DNA of 64,000 nucleotides from a bacterium (GTDB lineage Bacteria > Patescibacteriota > Patescibacteriia > JACQRZ01), in contig JAUYIE010000020.1 of NCBI GenBank assembly GCA_030688365.1, positions 16,337-80,336 on the forward strand, read 5' to 3'. Of the stretch, positions 10,674 through 20,289 are shown piece by piece. Within the stretch, counting starts at the first letter, position 1. Every line of letters begins with the position of its first letter. Position numbers and translations under genes: made by a program. The notes under the pieces are model-generated. The model worked only from the letters and a program-made list of their open reading frames with translations, was not told the DNA's origin and ran no database searches.

Positions 10674-10912
10674 TTCAGGGTAAACGAAGGTATCTTATTA
10701 CAAGATACCTTCTAATTTTCCTTATAATTCCGAGATCAGACCTCTCAACATGTTCCACGTGGAACATTTTGCATACACCCTAACCCCAAATAATGTTCCA
10801 CGTGGAACATTTTGGTAACATATCGCGTGACTCGGAAATGTTCCACGTGGAACATTTTGAGGATATAAAGTACAAAAAACCAAATAAAAATAAGGATTCG
10901 TGTTTAGAATCC

Positions 10913-11392
10913 TCACTCTCTTTGTGTTATGTGAGTAGATAAATCTATCTCTGTGGTTGTTTTAGTATTCATTGGCGCTAAGTTCAACCATTTGAGCACC
11001 GCAAGTGATCGCGGATTCATTTGGTAAGCCTTTTCTGCGCAGTCTGTGGCACGAACAACCATACCAAGCTCCCAATAAATGTTTGCACAAACAAGAAATG
11101 CATCAGCGTTATCCGGATAGTTTTTAATGTATTCCGTCATCCATGATAGGGCATCATTGAAAGATTCTATCTGTTCATAGGATATAGCTAACCTATAAAG
11201 AGCGATTTCGTGTGTCGGATTACAGTCTAGTATTTGTTTATAACACTTTATTGCTTCTTGAAATCCTTTTATAAACTCTGTGGATCCTTTTTTGTATTCA
11301 TAAGCCTTTAAAGTAGCTTGATATGCCACATTCACGAGTTCTTCCTCATCTACATAAATTGTAAAGAACCATTCCTTGATACTTTCGTACAT
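10913..11392 (-). CDS. TPR-repeat protein
   Basis: TPR pattern (AIKCYKQIL..NP, ALYRLA, AYQMNP); AGGAGG before MYESIK at 11392. Confidence 0.8.
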   Translation of the reverse strand: MYESIKEWFFTIYVDEEELVNVAYQATLKAYEYKKGSTEFIKGFQEAIKCYKQILDCNPTHEIALYRLAISYEQIESFNDALSWMTEYIKNYPDNADAFLVCANIYWELGMVVRATDCAEKAYQMNPRSLAVLKWLNLAPMNTKTTTEIDLSTHITQRE

Positions 11393-11623
11393 TTTGTACC
11401 TCCTCGACTTGTAATATAGATATATAATCAGTATACGCCACAAAAGAGAGGACAGCCAAAAAATGTTCCACGTGGAACATTTTGGACACAGTTCAGCCAC
11501 AAATAATGTTCCACGTGGAACATTCTGTGAATAAATTTCCAAAAAAATAAGCATTTTTAATAAAATGCCTATATTTCTGATTGATTTTCCTAAAAACATT
11601 ATTAATTGTTCCACGTGGAACAA

Positions 11624-12178
11624 TTAATTCGGGCAAAATGTTTCTAAAAGTCTTGCCGCTAAATTCCCATCAATTCTTTTTGCTATATTAAGTGTTTTTT
11701 GCACCAATAAAGAGTCTTCATACTGCTGAAAGCTTTCATTTTGCATTAGTTTTGAATAGCAGTCAGCAATTAAAATTAATGCTGGTACTGATTTCGCATT
11801 GATAGAAATAGCATGAATCAGATCCAAGATGGCTTTAGAATAATCAGCTCGTGAATGGAACACAACTGCTCGTAATATGTATCCCTTCTCGCTGTTGGGA
11901 TAGGCAAGGATATACTGGCTTAGATCAGAAATAGCTAAATTTACATCTCCAATTGTTAGAAATGCCGTTGCCCTAAGACAAAGTGCTCTTGGATTATTTG
12001 GTTCATCCTCTAAAACTGAACTTACAAAATAAATCGCTTTTTTCATCTGATAAGCATATTCTATATCAATATTTTGTTCTGACCTAGGCAGGTTACATGC
12101 TTTTTTTATCGCTCTATTTGCGAGTTTACACGAAATTTTATTTTTTATGTTAAAGAACCATCTTCTAAGTTTTTTCAT
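11624..12178 (-). CDS. TPR-repeat protein
   Basis: TPR pattern (ALCLRA, AISDL, YSKAILDL); AAGGAG RBS. Confidence 0.8.
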   Translation of the reverse strand: MKKLRRWFFNIKNKISCKLANRAIKKACNLPRSEQNIDIEYAYQMKKAIYFVSSVLEDEPNNPRALCLRATAFLTIGDVNLAISDLSQYILAYPNSEKGYILRAVVFHSRADYSKAILDLIHAISINAKSVPALILIADCYSKLMQNESFQQYEDSLLVQKTLNIAKRIDGNLAARLLETFCPN

Positions 12179-12399
12179 TATTGCATCTCCTTTTTGAAAT
12201 AATATATTTCCATCCTAGCATAAAAATCATTTCTTGTAAATTGTTCCACGTGGAACAATATGCGTCGCACAATATTTTGGTAAAGACCACATTGACACGC
12301 ATTAGATAAAGGGCGGAGTTGAAATCTATGAAAAGAGTGCAAGAGTCATGTCTCTTGTGCTATACTATCTATAAGGATTTCAAATCTATTTTATTATAT

Positions 12400-12957
12400 A
12401 TGTTGGGAAAAGCACCGGCGGGGGGTACCTCCTTGATTGATCCGCGAACCGTTGTGGCTCGTCTGGATATTCATGATGGCGATATTGTGGCTGATCTTGG
12501 GTGTGGGGGAGGAGGGCATTTCATCAATTCTTTATCAACAGCCGTGGGAGCAAAAGGCAAGGTTTTTGCTTTAGATATACAGAAAAATGTTTTAAAAGTA
12601 GTAGAAGCAAAGATGAAATTGTTTAATCTTTCAAATGTTACAACAGTATGGTCTGACCTTGAAAGAGATGGATCAGCAGGAATTATTTCGGGATCATGCA
12701 CTATTGCACTTTTATTAAATGTTTTGTTTCAAAACTCCCGATATGAAAAGATTGTACAAGAGTCATTGCGTATGATAATGTCGGGTGGTCGATTGGTGGT
12801 TATTGATTGGAAACCGAGCGGATCGCCGTTTGGCCCTCCGTCTGATCGTCGTATTTCTCCACAAAAAGTCAAGGAAATTGCGCAATCCCTTGGTATTACT
12901 CTTTTGGAAGAGTTTGAAGCGGGACCGTATCACTATGCGCTTGTATTCAAGAAATAA
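12400..12957 (+). CDS. class I SAM-dependent methyltransferase
   Basis: VADLGCGGGG motif I, ALDIQ, GGRLVVIDW. Confidence 0.88.
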   Translation: MLGKAPAGGTSLIDPRTVVARLDIHDGDIVADLGCGGGGHFINSLSTAVGAKGKVFALDIQKNVLKVVEAKMKLFNLSNVTTVWSDLERDGSAGIISGSCTIALLLNVLFQNSRYEKIVQESLRMIMSGGRLVVIDWKPSGSPFGPPSDRRISPQKVKEIAQSLGITLLEEFEAGPYHYALVFKK

Positions 12958-13382
12958 TGAATAACCTTATGATTGCACCTCATTTGTACGATTTTCACTA
13001 TTGGTTTAGTTCTCATCCAGGTCCGTTGAGTGTGAGGGGGATATTAATATTGTCGTTTATTTTGTTTACCGTGATTGTGATTGATATTGTTAGTCGTATT
13101 ATTGGTAAAAAGAAGCGCAAAGTATGGGATTCGTTGACAAAAAACGTTGTTGGTCGCTTACACAACTGTTTTGTAACGATGATTGTATTTGGTATAATTG
13201 TGGTCTTTTTTGAATATGAAGGAGTTCCGGTTTTGGGTGCCCGCTATTTTGCACTTATTTGGACAATAGTATTATTAGTCTGGTTGATTGCTATTGGGCA
13301 TGAAACATACGTTAAAAATAAGGCATTGAGGAAGGAAGCTCAAAAAAAAGGTGAATTTACAAAGTATTTAAAAAATAAGTAG
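12957..13382 (+). CDS. membrane protein (3 TM)
   Basis: hydrophobic segments, KYL terminus, coupled to the methyltransferase. Confidence 0.7.
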   Translation: MNNLMIAPHLYDFHYWFSSHPGPLSVRGILILSFILFTVIVIDIVSRIIGKKKRKVWDSLTKNVVGRLHNCFVTMIVFGIIVVFFEYEGVPVLGARYFALIWTIVLLVWLIAIGHETYVKNKALRKEAQKKGEFTKYLKNK

Positions 13383-13746
13383 TAGAAATCTGCAAAAAAG
13401 AGCGTTTGGTAATTTTGGAGAACAACTTGCCTGTGATTTTATCCAAAAAAAGGGTTACGAGATTTTGTCTCGTAATTTTTTTGTAAAAGGTGGTGAAATT
13501 GATATTATTGCACGACAAGGTAATGATCTGGTTGTAATTGAGGTAAAAACGCGTGCAAGTTTGGTATATGGTTTTGGTGAGGAAGCTGTGGATGCCCGGA
13601 AACTGCATCGGATGCGCTATGCGCTAACTCAATATCATGTTCTTTTTAAAATTCGTTATGTTCGGTTTGATATTATTTCGATAGAGATTGACAGGATGCG
13701 AATGACTTCAAAGATCAGACATATAAAAGATATCCAGACTTCGTAA
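13375..13746 (+). CDS. yraN: YraN family PD-(D/E)XK endonuclease
   Basis: G.FGEQLA..F...GYEIL.RN, GEIDIIA, EVKTR, RFDII; start probably non-canonical (ATA 13375 or CTG 13390). Confidence 0.85.
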   Translation: MSSRNLQKRAFGNFGEQLACDFIQKKGYEILSRNFFVKGGEIDIIARQGNDLVVIEVKTRASLVYGFGEEAVDARKLHRMRYALTQYHVLFKIRYVRFDIISIEIDRMRMTSKIRHIKDIQTS

Positions 13747-13846
13747 CACACCATAAAGATAATGGCGTGTGTGAAAAATTGTTGTGTGGTATAATACTTA
13801 TGAACACGATTATGTGAGTGTTCTGTGGAATATTTTTATTTTGATT

Positions 13847-14782
13847 ATGAAAAAATTTGTTTTTTTGTTTGCCGTGCTGTTGTTGATGCCATTTATTTTG
13901 GTTATTCCATCACGTGTAGAGGCGCTGGAAATGTCACCAATTTTTTTTGATCTTACTGCACATCCTGGAGATTCTTTTTCTCAATCCATTAATTTGACAA
14001 ATGACACGAGCGAGGTCATGACTCTTAATTCTCATATTGGGATAATCAAAACTGCTTCAGCTGACGGTACGACATCACAATTACTTCCAAAACCCACAGA
14101 TGAAAATACTATTGCTGACTGGATTACGGTTACTACACCAAAGGTTACACTTCAACCGGGAGAAAAAAAGAAGGTATTATATTCGCTCACAGTTCCTTTG
14201 GATGCAACCGCGGGGGGGCACTATGCATGGATCTCGTATACAGAGACACCAACATTATCTTCAGGATCGCGGGTTGCCGTTTCTAGTGGTATCGCAACGC
14301 AGATATTATTAAAAGTACAAGGTGAGGTCAAAGAATCACTCTCACTACAAAGTTTTCAGACAAAAACAGGTATTGCTAGTTTTGAAAAATTACCCATTAC
14401 GTTTATAACACACATATTCAACGAAGGCACGACACATCAACGTCCGAGTGGAATTGTTGAAATCAAAAATTTTGGAGGTAAAACTATCGCTACGTTACCT
14501 TTTAACAATGATTCGGAAGGTGGAAATATTTTACCAAAGTCTGGGAGGTCATATGAGACGATATGGGACAGGGGATTTGCATTTGGAAAATATTCTGCAG
14601 TACTTGATGCCACATATGATGGCGAACAACATCTAAAAGGTTCGGTAACGATATGGGTGTTGCCAAAAGCGTTGATCATAATATGGACACTTCTTTTAAT
14701 TATTATTACAATGCTTATTGTAAAGGTGGTTGCGCGTATGTTTGATAAAACTCGTACAAAACCACTAAAGAAAAAGATATGA
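13847..14782 (+). CDS. DUF916-like secreted Ig-fold protein with C-terminal TM anchor
   Basis: signal peptide, WI..TPKVTLQPGE, VP.DA..GGHYA, NEGTTH.RP.G. Confidence 0.65.
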   Translation: MKKFVFLFAVLLLMPFILVIPSRVEALEMSPIFFDLTAHPGDSFSQSINLTNDTSEVMTLNSHIGIIKTASADGTTSQLLPKPTDENTIADWITVTTPKVTLQPGEKKKVLYSLTVPLDATAGGHYAWISYTETPTLSSGSRVAVSSGIATQILLKVQGEVKESLSLQSFQTKTGIASFEKLPITFITHIFNEGTTHQRPSGIVEIKNFGGKTIATLPFNNDSEGGNILPKSGRSYETIWDRGFAFGKYSAVLDATYDGEQHLKGSVTIWVLPKALIIIWTLLLIIITMLIVKVVARMFDKTRTKPLKKKI

Positions 14783-17598
14783 CATTAAGACACTCAATCG
14801 TATCGCGTTATTTTGTTGGTGCTGTATTGGTATTGTTGGTGCTGTTTGTCTCACCTCATTTATTATTTGCATCATCACTGACATCAATGAGTGATACTTT
14901 GAGTACACAGAAGGCAAGTACTGTTGCTAATCATAGAGTAGCTTTTACAAGCCCAAGCGGTGTATCGTCGGGAACCATTACCGTTGACTTTAGTAATGCG
15001 GTGAGCTCAACAGGTAGTGTGGATTTTACTGATATTGACTTATCATACGGCACGCTTGGCACAGAAACAGAAGCAACGTTGGCGACATCAGCAGCAGCTG
15101 CCACATGGGGTGCTTCATTGAGTTCAAGTATTTTAACTTTGACATATCCGACATCCGGCGGGACAGCAATCGCATCTGGCGATAAGGTGGTTATTGAAGT
15201 TGGTACAAACGCTAGCGGTGGTGTTAATCAAATGACAAACACCACAGCAGGAAGTAGTAAGGTACTCACTATCACAACAGCTTCAGATAGCGGGAAGTTG
15301 GCGATCGCAATAGTAGATGCAAGTTCAGTCACAGTGACAAACAATATTGATGTTCCTAGCGCACCATCTTCTTTAAGTGAAGCAACAGGCGCTTCAAGTG
15401 TGACATTGACATGGACAGACAATTCCTCAAATGAAACATTATTTCTTATTGAACGAAGTATCACTGGCGGTTCTTTCAGTCAAATAGGATCAGTAGCAAC
15501 AGGATCAACCACTTATACTGATAGTACAGTGAGAGGGAATACACGATATTCGTATCGTGTACGTGCTACAAACGGCGTGGATAATTCAACATATAGTGAT
15601 ACTGTCAATGTTACACTCTTAGGTGGAACAACAGCTTCATTGAGTGCACCGACAACGACAACCTCTACGACTACTCCAACAACAACACCAGATGGTAGTA
15701 CAAGTACATCAGACAGCACAAGTACAAACAACACACAAAGTACCACTGATACAAACACTGCAAGCGGTGCCACATCACAAACTACTGATACAATTATTCG
15801 ACCTCGTCCGAGCGATGAAGTTCCGTTTGATGCAACACCGAGCGCACCTGGTGTCGGTGGGTCAGGTAGTACAACAAGTAGTGGTTCAACTACTACCGGC
15901 GGAGAATCCACAGGTGGCAGTACTACTTCTGGTGGCGGTACAACTGGTTCGAGTGTTGTTGGCGGAGAATCCACAGGTGGCAGTACTACTTCTGGTGGCG
16001 GATCACTCAGTGGTGGTGCCATTGGCGGGGGTGGCGGGGGAATTGTTACCGGCGGTATTTCAACTGGTGGAGTTGTAGGTGGTAGTGGTTCTGGAAGTGG
16101 TGAAGTAGGTATGGCAGCAGGATATTCTGCAGATCTTTTTACAACTGCCGGTATTTCTCAAACAAACACATTTATTACTAATCCATTGGTGTGGAATGTG
16201 ATGATGACATCAGGTGGATCTACACCATATAGTAGCGGAACGTTTTGTACAAAAACGACAACCAATTTTGTACCTTGTATTCCTACAGATGCATTTCCTG
16301 GTCCTGTATATCAAACGAGTATAAATATGGCAGGCGCACTATATCCACTGTCATTTGATGAAGATAAGCAATGTTATACCGGTACAGTAGCAGTTCCCAG
16401 CGGGCTTGGTTCATATGTTATGTCTCTTCGCACTACATACGAAGATGGTACAACGTCAGTTGTGGATTCAAAACTAGCGGTTCAGAATTCATGTGCTGAT
16501 TTTGTACTTGCCGCGATGGAACCAAATCCTTTTGTGATCCCAGGACTTCCTGAAGAAGTGCAACAAAAAGTATCGGTCCAAATTCAATCATTTAATAATC
16601 AAACTGAAAACATTGTTGAAAAAGGAGAAACGACACTGCAAGTTGCATCTGTGGTGGTTGCAACAAGTATCCTCGTTCTGGCTCCTTCAATGGTGGGAAA
16701 TCTTCCAAATGCATATCATTTTGTATATCAAAATATAACATCGATTTTTTCTTTGTTTGGTTATAAAAAGAAACGACGAAAAAAGTGGGGTGTTGTCTAT
16801 GGTGCGTTTAGTAAGGAACCGGAAAGTTTAGCGATTGTACGATTATATAATGCGGTTACAAAGAAACTTCTTGAAACGCAAGTTACAGATAAAACCGGAA
16901 GGTTTAGCTTTATCACTCAAGCAGGAAAATATATTGTTAAAGTAAGTAAAGCTCCCTTTGTTTTTCCATCCAATATAATTAAAGGGAATGCAGATGGTTC
17001 ATATGGAAATATCTATCGTGGTGGCGAGATCTATTTAGCAAGCGATAGTGATGAGATTTCTATAAGCATTCCAATTGATCCTAAACAAAGAACTTCAATC
17101 AAAGAAGGATCATTTTTTGGGGCAGTACTTGATTTATTGGAAAAATATGGTCCGTATTTTGCGCTTGTTAGTTTCTTGGTTAGTGTTTCTTTAATAATAT
17201 ACGCACCAAGTCCGCTCAATATTACGATTTTTATTCTGAACGTGTTAGTAGTCTTATTACAGTTCTTGGTTGTACCGCGTATTCGTAAATCGTGGGGGAT
17301 AGTATTTGATGATAGTACCAACAAACCATTATCGTTGGCGACTATATCGTTATTTGATGCAAAATCCAATAAGTTGGTTCGATCACGTTTGAGTGATGTA
17401 CATGGAAGATTTAATTTTCTTGTACCGGCAGGGGATTATAAGATTATTGCTTCGCGGTCAAATTATGATTTTCCTTCAAAACCTAATAAGAAAGCATCTA
17501 CATATCGCCATCTGTATTTTGGTGAAAAACTTCATATTAAAAAGAATAATGGTGTGATTAGGGTCAACATTCCTATGCACAGACGACCTCTTGCGTAG
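14779..17598 (+). CDS. large surface protein (Fn3 domain, Thr/Gly-rich linker, carboxypeptidase-regulatory-like domains, TM helices)
   Basis: signal peptide; LTWTDNSSNET...YSYRVRA Fn3; two WG.V....K.P...A.V.L domains. Confidence 0.75.
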   Translation: MTLRHSIVSRYFVGAVLVLLVLFVSPHLLFASSLTSMSDTLSTQKASTVANHRVAFTSPSGVSSGTITVDFSNAVSSTGSVDFTDIDLSYGTLGTETEATLATSAAAATWGASLSSSILTLTYPTSGGTAIASGDKVVIEVGTNASGGVNQMTNTTAGSSKVLTITTASDSGKLAIAIVDASSVTVTNNIDVPSAPSSLSEATGASSVTLTWTDNSSNETLFLIERSITGGSFSQIGSVATGSTTYTDSTVRGNTRYSYRVRATNGVDNSTYSDTVNVTLLGGTTASLSAPTTTTSTTTPTTTPDGSTSTSDSTSTNNTQSTTDTNTASGATSQTTDTIIRPRPSDEVPFDATPSAPGVGGSGSTTSSGSTTTGGESTGGSTTSGGGTTGSSVVGGESTGGSTTSGGGSLSGGAIGGGGGGIVTGGISTGGVVGGSGSGSGEVGMAAGYSADLFTTAGISQTNTFITNPLVWNVMMTSGGSTPYSSGTFCTKTTTNFVPCIPTDAFPGPVYQTSINMAGALYPLSFDEDKQCYTGTVAVPSGLGSYVMSLRTTYEDGTTSVVDSKLAVQNSCADFVLAAMEPNPFVIPGLPEEVQQKVSVQIQSFNNQTENIVEKGETTLQVASVVVATSILVLAPSMVGNLPNAYHFVYQNITSIFSLFGYKKKRRKKWGVVYGAFSKEPESLAIVRLYNAVTKKLLETQVTDKTGRFSFITQAGKYIVKVSKAPFVFPSNIIKGNADGSYGNIYRGGEIYLASDSDEISISIPIDPKQRTSIKEGSFFGAVLDLLEKYGPYFALVSFLVSVSLIIYAPSPLNITIFILNVLVVLLQFLVVPRIRKSWGIVFDDSTNKPLSLATISLFDAKSNKLVRSRLSDVHGRFNFLVPAGDYKIIASRSNYDFPSKPNKKASTYRHLYFGEKLHIKKNNGVIRVNIPMHRRPLA
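15898..16001 (+). repeat. intragenic 41-bp direct repeat, period 63
   Basis: GGCGGAGAATCCACAGGTGGCAGTACTACTTCTGGTGGCGG at 15898 and 15961, encoding GGESTGGSTTSGGG. Confidence 0.85.
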
Positions 17599-17733
17599 AG
17601 AGTTGAATCCACTGTTTTAGACTTGACGAATAAAAGGAGTAGCGGTATACTCCTTTTATTGATAGTTTATACTCTTAAACTATCTTTTTTTTTGAAGTCA
17701 ATCGTCTTTTTTAAAGACATTATTATAATCAAT

Positions 17734-18984
17734 ATGAACAATCCAATTGCATCAGCAATCAAGCAAGTATGTGATGAGAAAAATATCCCTCAAGAGTATG
17801 TGATTGAGGCACTTGAATTTGCACTTGCTGCAGCATATCGTAAAGATTTCGGTGAAAAGAATCAAAATATTAAAGCAGAGTTTGATATTCAGACAGGGGA
17901 TTCACGTATTTTTGATGTGAAGACAGTTGTTCGGGATTTTTCTCCTGAAGAACTTGAAGATCAATTAGCGAAAGTAACGGAACATCGTGTTGAAGACAAA
18001 GCTGATAAACAAGACGAAGCAGAAGAGGAAAAACGCTTCAATCCCAAAACAGATATTATGATTTCTGATGCAAAGATATTGAGAGAGGATTCAGATGTCG
18101 GTGAAGTGATTAAAACAGAGTTGCCAGTAAATGAAGAGTATGGCCGTATGGCTGCACAGACAGCAAAACAAGTGATCATTCAAAAATTACGCGAAGCAGA
18201 GAGAGACTTGATTTTTGATGAATTTCAAGACAGACAAGATACCTTAATAATGGCGACAGTTCAAAGGAAGGAGACCTCTCGTGTATTGCTTGATATTGGA
18301 CGTGGTACTGCAATCATGCCAAATGAAGAATTGTCTCCTCGCGAGCGTTATATGCCCGGCGACCGTATCAAGGTATATGTAGTATCGGTTACGAGAGGCA
18401 CTCGTGGACCGGAGATTATCGTATCTCGCAGTCATGAAAATTTACTTCGAAAAATATTTGAAACTGAAATTCCTGAAGTAGAAAGCGGGGCGATTGAAAT
18501 CAAAGCAGTGGCGCGTGATGTAGGAGAACGTGCAAAAGTTGCGGTGGTGGCTTATCAAGAAAATATTGATCCGATAGGTTCATGTATTGGTCAGCGTGGA
18601 AGTCGTATTCAAACTATCATTGCAGAACTTGGAGGTGAAAAAGTAGATATCATACAATATGACGATGATGTGTCTATCTTTATTATGAACGCTCTTTCTC
18701 CCGCCAAAATCTCGCGAATAGAGCTGGATCAGGAAAACCATCGCGCTCGTGTGTTTGTGAAAGAGGATCAACTCTCACTGGCTATCGGTAAAGGAGGTCA
18801 AAATGTCAGATTGGCTTCACAGTTGACACATTGGAATATTGAAGTAGTATCAGAACAAGAGGGTGTGGGGCAGGAATCCAAAGATGAAGAAATGGCTGAT
18901 AATAAGGAAGAAAATAGCGATGAAGATTTGGATACACCCGAGAACCTCGCGGAAATTTTAACTGGATCAGAAGATGATAAATAA
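17734..18984 (+). CDS. nusA: transcription termination factor NusA
   Basis: GRMAAQTAKQVI, S1 and KH domains, SLAIGKGGQNVRLA. Confidence 0.97.
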   Translation: MNNPIASAIKQVCDEKNIPQEYVIEALEFALAAAYRKDFGEKNQNIKAEFDIQTGDSRIFDVKTVVRDFSPEELEDQLAKVTEHRVEDKADKQDEAEEEKRFNPKTDIMISDAKILREDSDVGEVIKTELPVNEEYGRMAAQTAKQVIIQKLREAERDLIFDEFQDRQDTLIMATVQRKETSRVLLDIGRGTAIMPNEELSPRERYMPGDRIKVYVVSVTRGTRGPEIIVSRSHENLLRKIFETEIPEVESGAIEIKAVARDVGERAKVAVVAYQENIDPIGSCIGQRGSRIQTIIAELGGEKVDIIQYDDDVSIFIMNALSPAKISRIELDQENHRARVFVKEDQLSLAIGKGGQNVRLASQLTHWNIEVVSEQEGVGQESKDEEMADNKEENSDEDLDTPENLAEILTGSEDDK

Positions 18985-19014
18985 GATTAATTCATAATTT
19001 AATTCATAAGTTGT

Positions 19015-20259
19015 ATGTCTACAGTGGCTGTTGAAGAAAATGAAGTAGATCAAGATAGAGAAGAGTTTAAGCAATTACTCCAGGAGTATGGTGCTCAATT
19101 ACCGAAAGTAGGAGATATGGTAGAAGGTGAAGTCATCGGTATTGGAAAAAATGAAGTTCAAATTGATATAAATGGTATTGCGAGTGGTATTGTTCGCGGG
19201 TATGAACTTATTGATGAATCCGAAGAATATTCTCATTTGGCCCTCGGGGATAAGGTGGTAGCAACGGTATTGGACTTGGAAAATGAATCCGGCGCTATGG
19301 AATTGTCCTTTCGCTCCGCGGGACACAAAAAAGCATGGGATCGTTTGTTTGATTTGATTAATGCAGGAGACATCGTACAGGCACAAATTACCGAAGCAAA
19401 TAAGGGTGGACTTATGGTTGTACTTGGAAAGACAAAGGGATTTTTGCCAGTGTCGCAGTTGTGCCCAGAACACTATCCTCGTATTCAAGGTGGTGATAAG
19501 AATAAAATTCTTGATCGTTTAAAAACATACGTTGGTCAAATGTTTGATGTCAAAGTGATAGACGTCAATGAAAAAGAAGAGAAACTGATTGTATCAGAAA
19601 AGTCAGTGTGGGAAGAACGACAAAAAGATGTGATCGGCAGTTATAAAGTAGGAGATGAGATTGAAGGAACCATTACAGTGATTACCGACTTTGGTGCGTT
19701 TGTGGAGTTTGGTGAAGGTTTAGAAGGTCTTGTTCACATTTCAGAACTTGCATGGCAACGTATCGATGACCCACGCGATGTTGTTGCACGTGGACAAAAG
19801 ATTAAAGCGCAGATTATTAAAATAGACGGATCAAAGATTTTTCTTTCAATGAAAAATTTGATAGATGATCCATGGAAGCATGTTGTTGAGAAATATACAT
19901 TGGGACAAAAGGTACAAGGGAAAGTACTTAAGATCAATCCCTTTGGACTGTTTGTGGAACTTGACACCGATATTCATGGGCTTGCTCATGTCTCGGAATT
20001 ATCAGAAAAACCTGATGTGAATCCGTATGATGTGGCAAAACCCGGTGATGAATTGGAATTTCGTATTGTTTCTATCAAGCCAGATGAACACCGATTGGGT
20101 TTGAGTATTAATGCTATGAATAAACCAGATTCATATTTCACAGAGAAAACTGAAGCAACACAGGAAGATGAATCATCCGATCCTCACTCTACTGGCTCAA
20201 CACTTGAACAAACGCCGAAGGGTTCAACAGAAGAGACAACGACTCCTATCGTTGAATAG
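19015..20259 (+). CDS. rpsA: 30S ribosomal protein S1 (four S1 domains)
   Basis: repeated S1 motifs: ANKGGL..GFLP.SQ, FGAFV..GLVHISE. Confidence 0.9.
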   Translation: MSTVAVEENEVDQDREEFKQLLQEYGAQLPKVGDMVEGEVIGIGKNEVQIDINGIASGIVRGYELIDESEEYSHLALGDKVVATVLDLENESGAMELSFRSAGHKKAWDRLFDLINAGDIVQAQITEANKGGLMVVLGKTKGFLPVSQLCPEHYPRIQGGDKNKILDRLKTYVGQMFDVKVIDVNEKEEKLIVSEKSVWEERQKDVIGSYKVGDEIEGTITVITDFGAFVEFGEGLEGLVHISELAWQRIDDPRDVVARGQKIKAQIIKIDGSKIFLSMKNLIDDPWKHVVEKYTLGQKVQGKVLKINPFGLFVELDTDIHGLAHVSELSEKPDVNPYDVAKPGDELEFRIVSIKPDEHRLGLSINAMNKPDSYFTEKTEATQEDESSDPHSTGSTLEQTPKGSTEETTTPIVE

Positions 20260-20289
20260 TAGATGTTATCAATTTTCTGATTTTTACTT

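Larger units (their letters stand above)
10407..12257. repeat. parS cluster: 8 copies of palindrome TGTTCCACGTGGAACA
   Basis: perfect copies at 10407, 10751, 10794, 10839, 11464, 11507, 11607 and 12242; matches the chromosomal ParB-binding consensus TGTTNCACGTGNAACA. Confidence 0.93.

Noticed and set aside
10751-10854. CRISPR-like array (three repeats with 27- and 29-nt spacers)
   Set aside because: The repeat is the 16-bp parS palindrome, other copies are irregularly spaced, and no cas genes are present
10275-11623. ORFs and N-terminal extensions containing NVPRGT / CSTWN / MFHVEQ
   Set aside because: These are translations of parS sites; the TPR gene starts at 11392 behind AGGAGG
12180-12400. 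oriC at the switch in gene orientation
   Set aside because: No dnaA and no DnaA-box cluster; spot checks show G>C on the + strand on both sides
15228-16078. antisense and alternative-frame ORFs over low-complexity or conserved genes (also 29429-30067, 48495-49031 and many short ones)
   Set aside because: Shadow ORFs of well-supported genes
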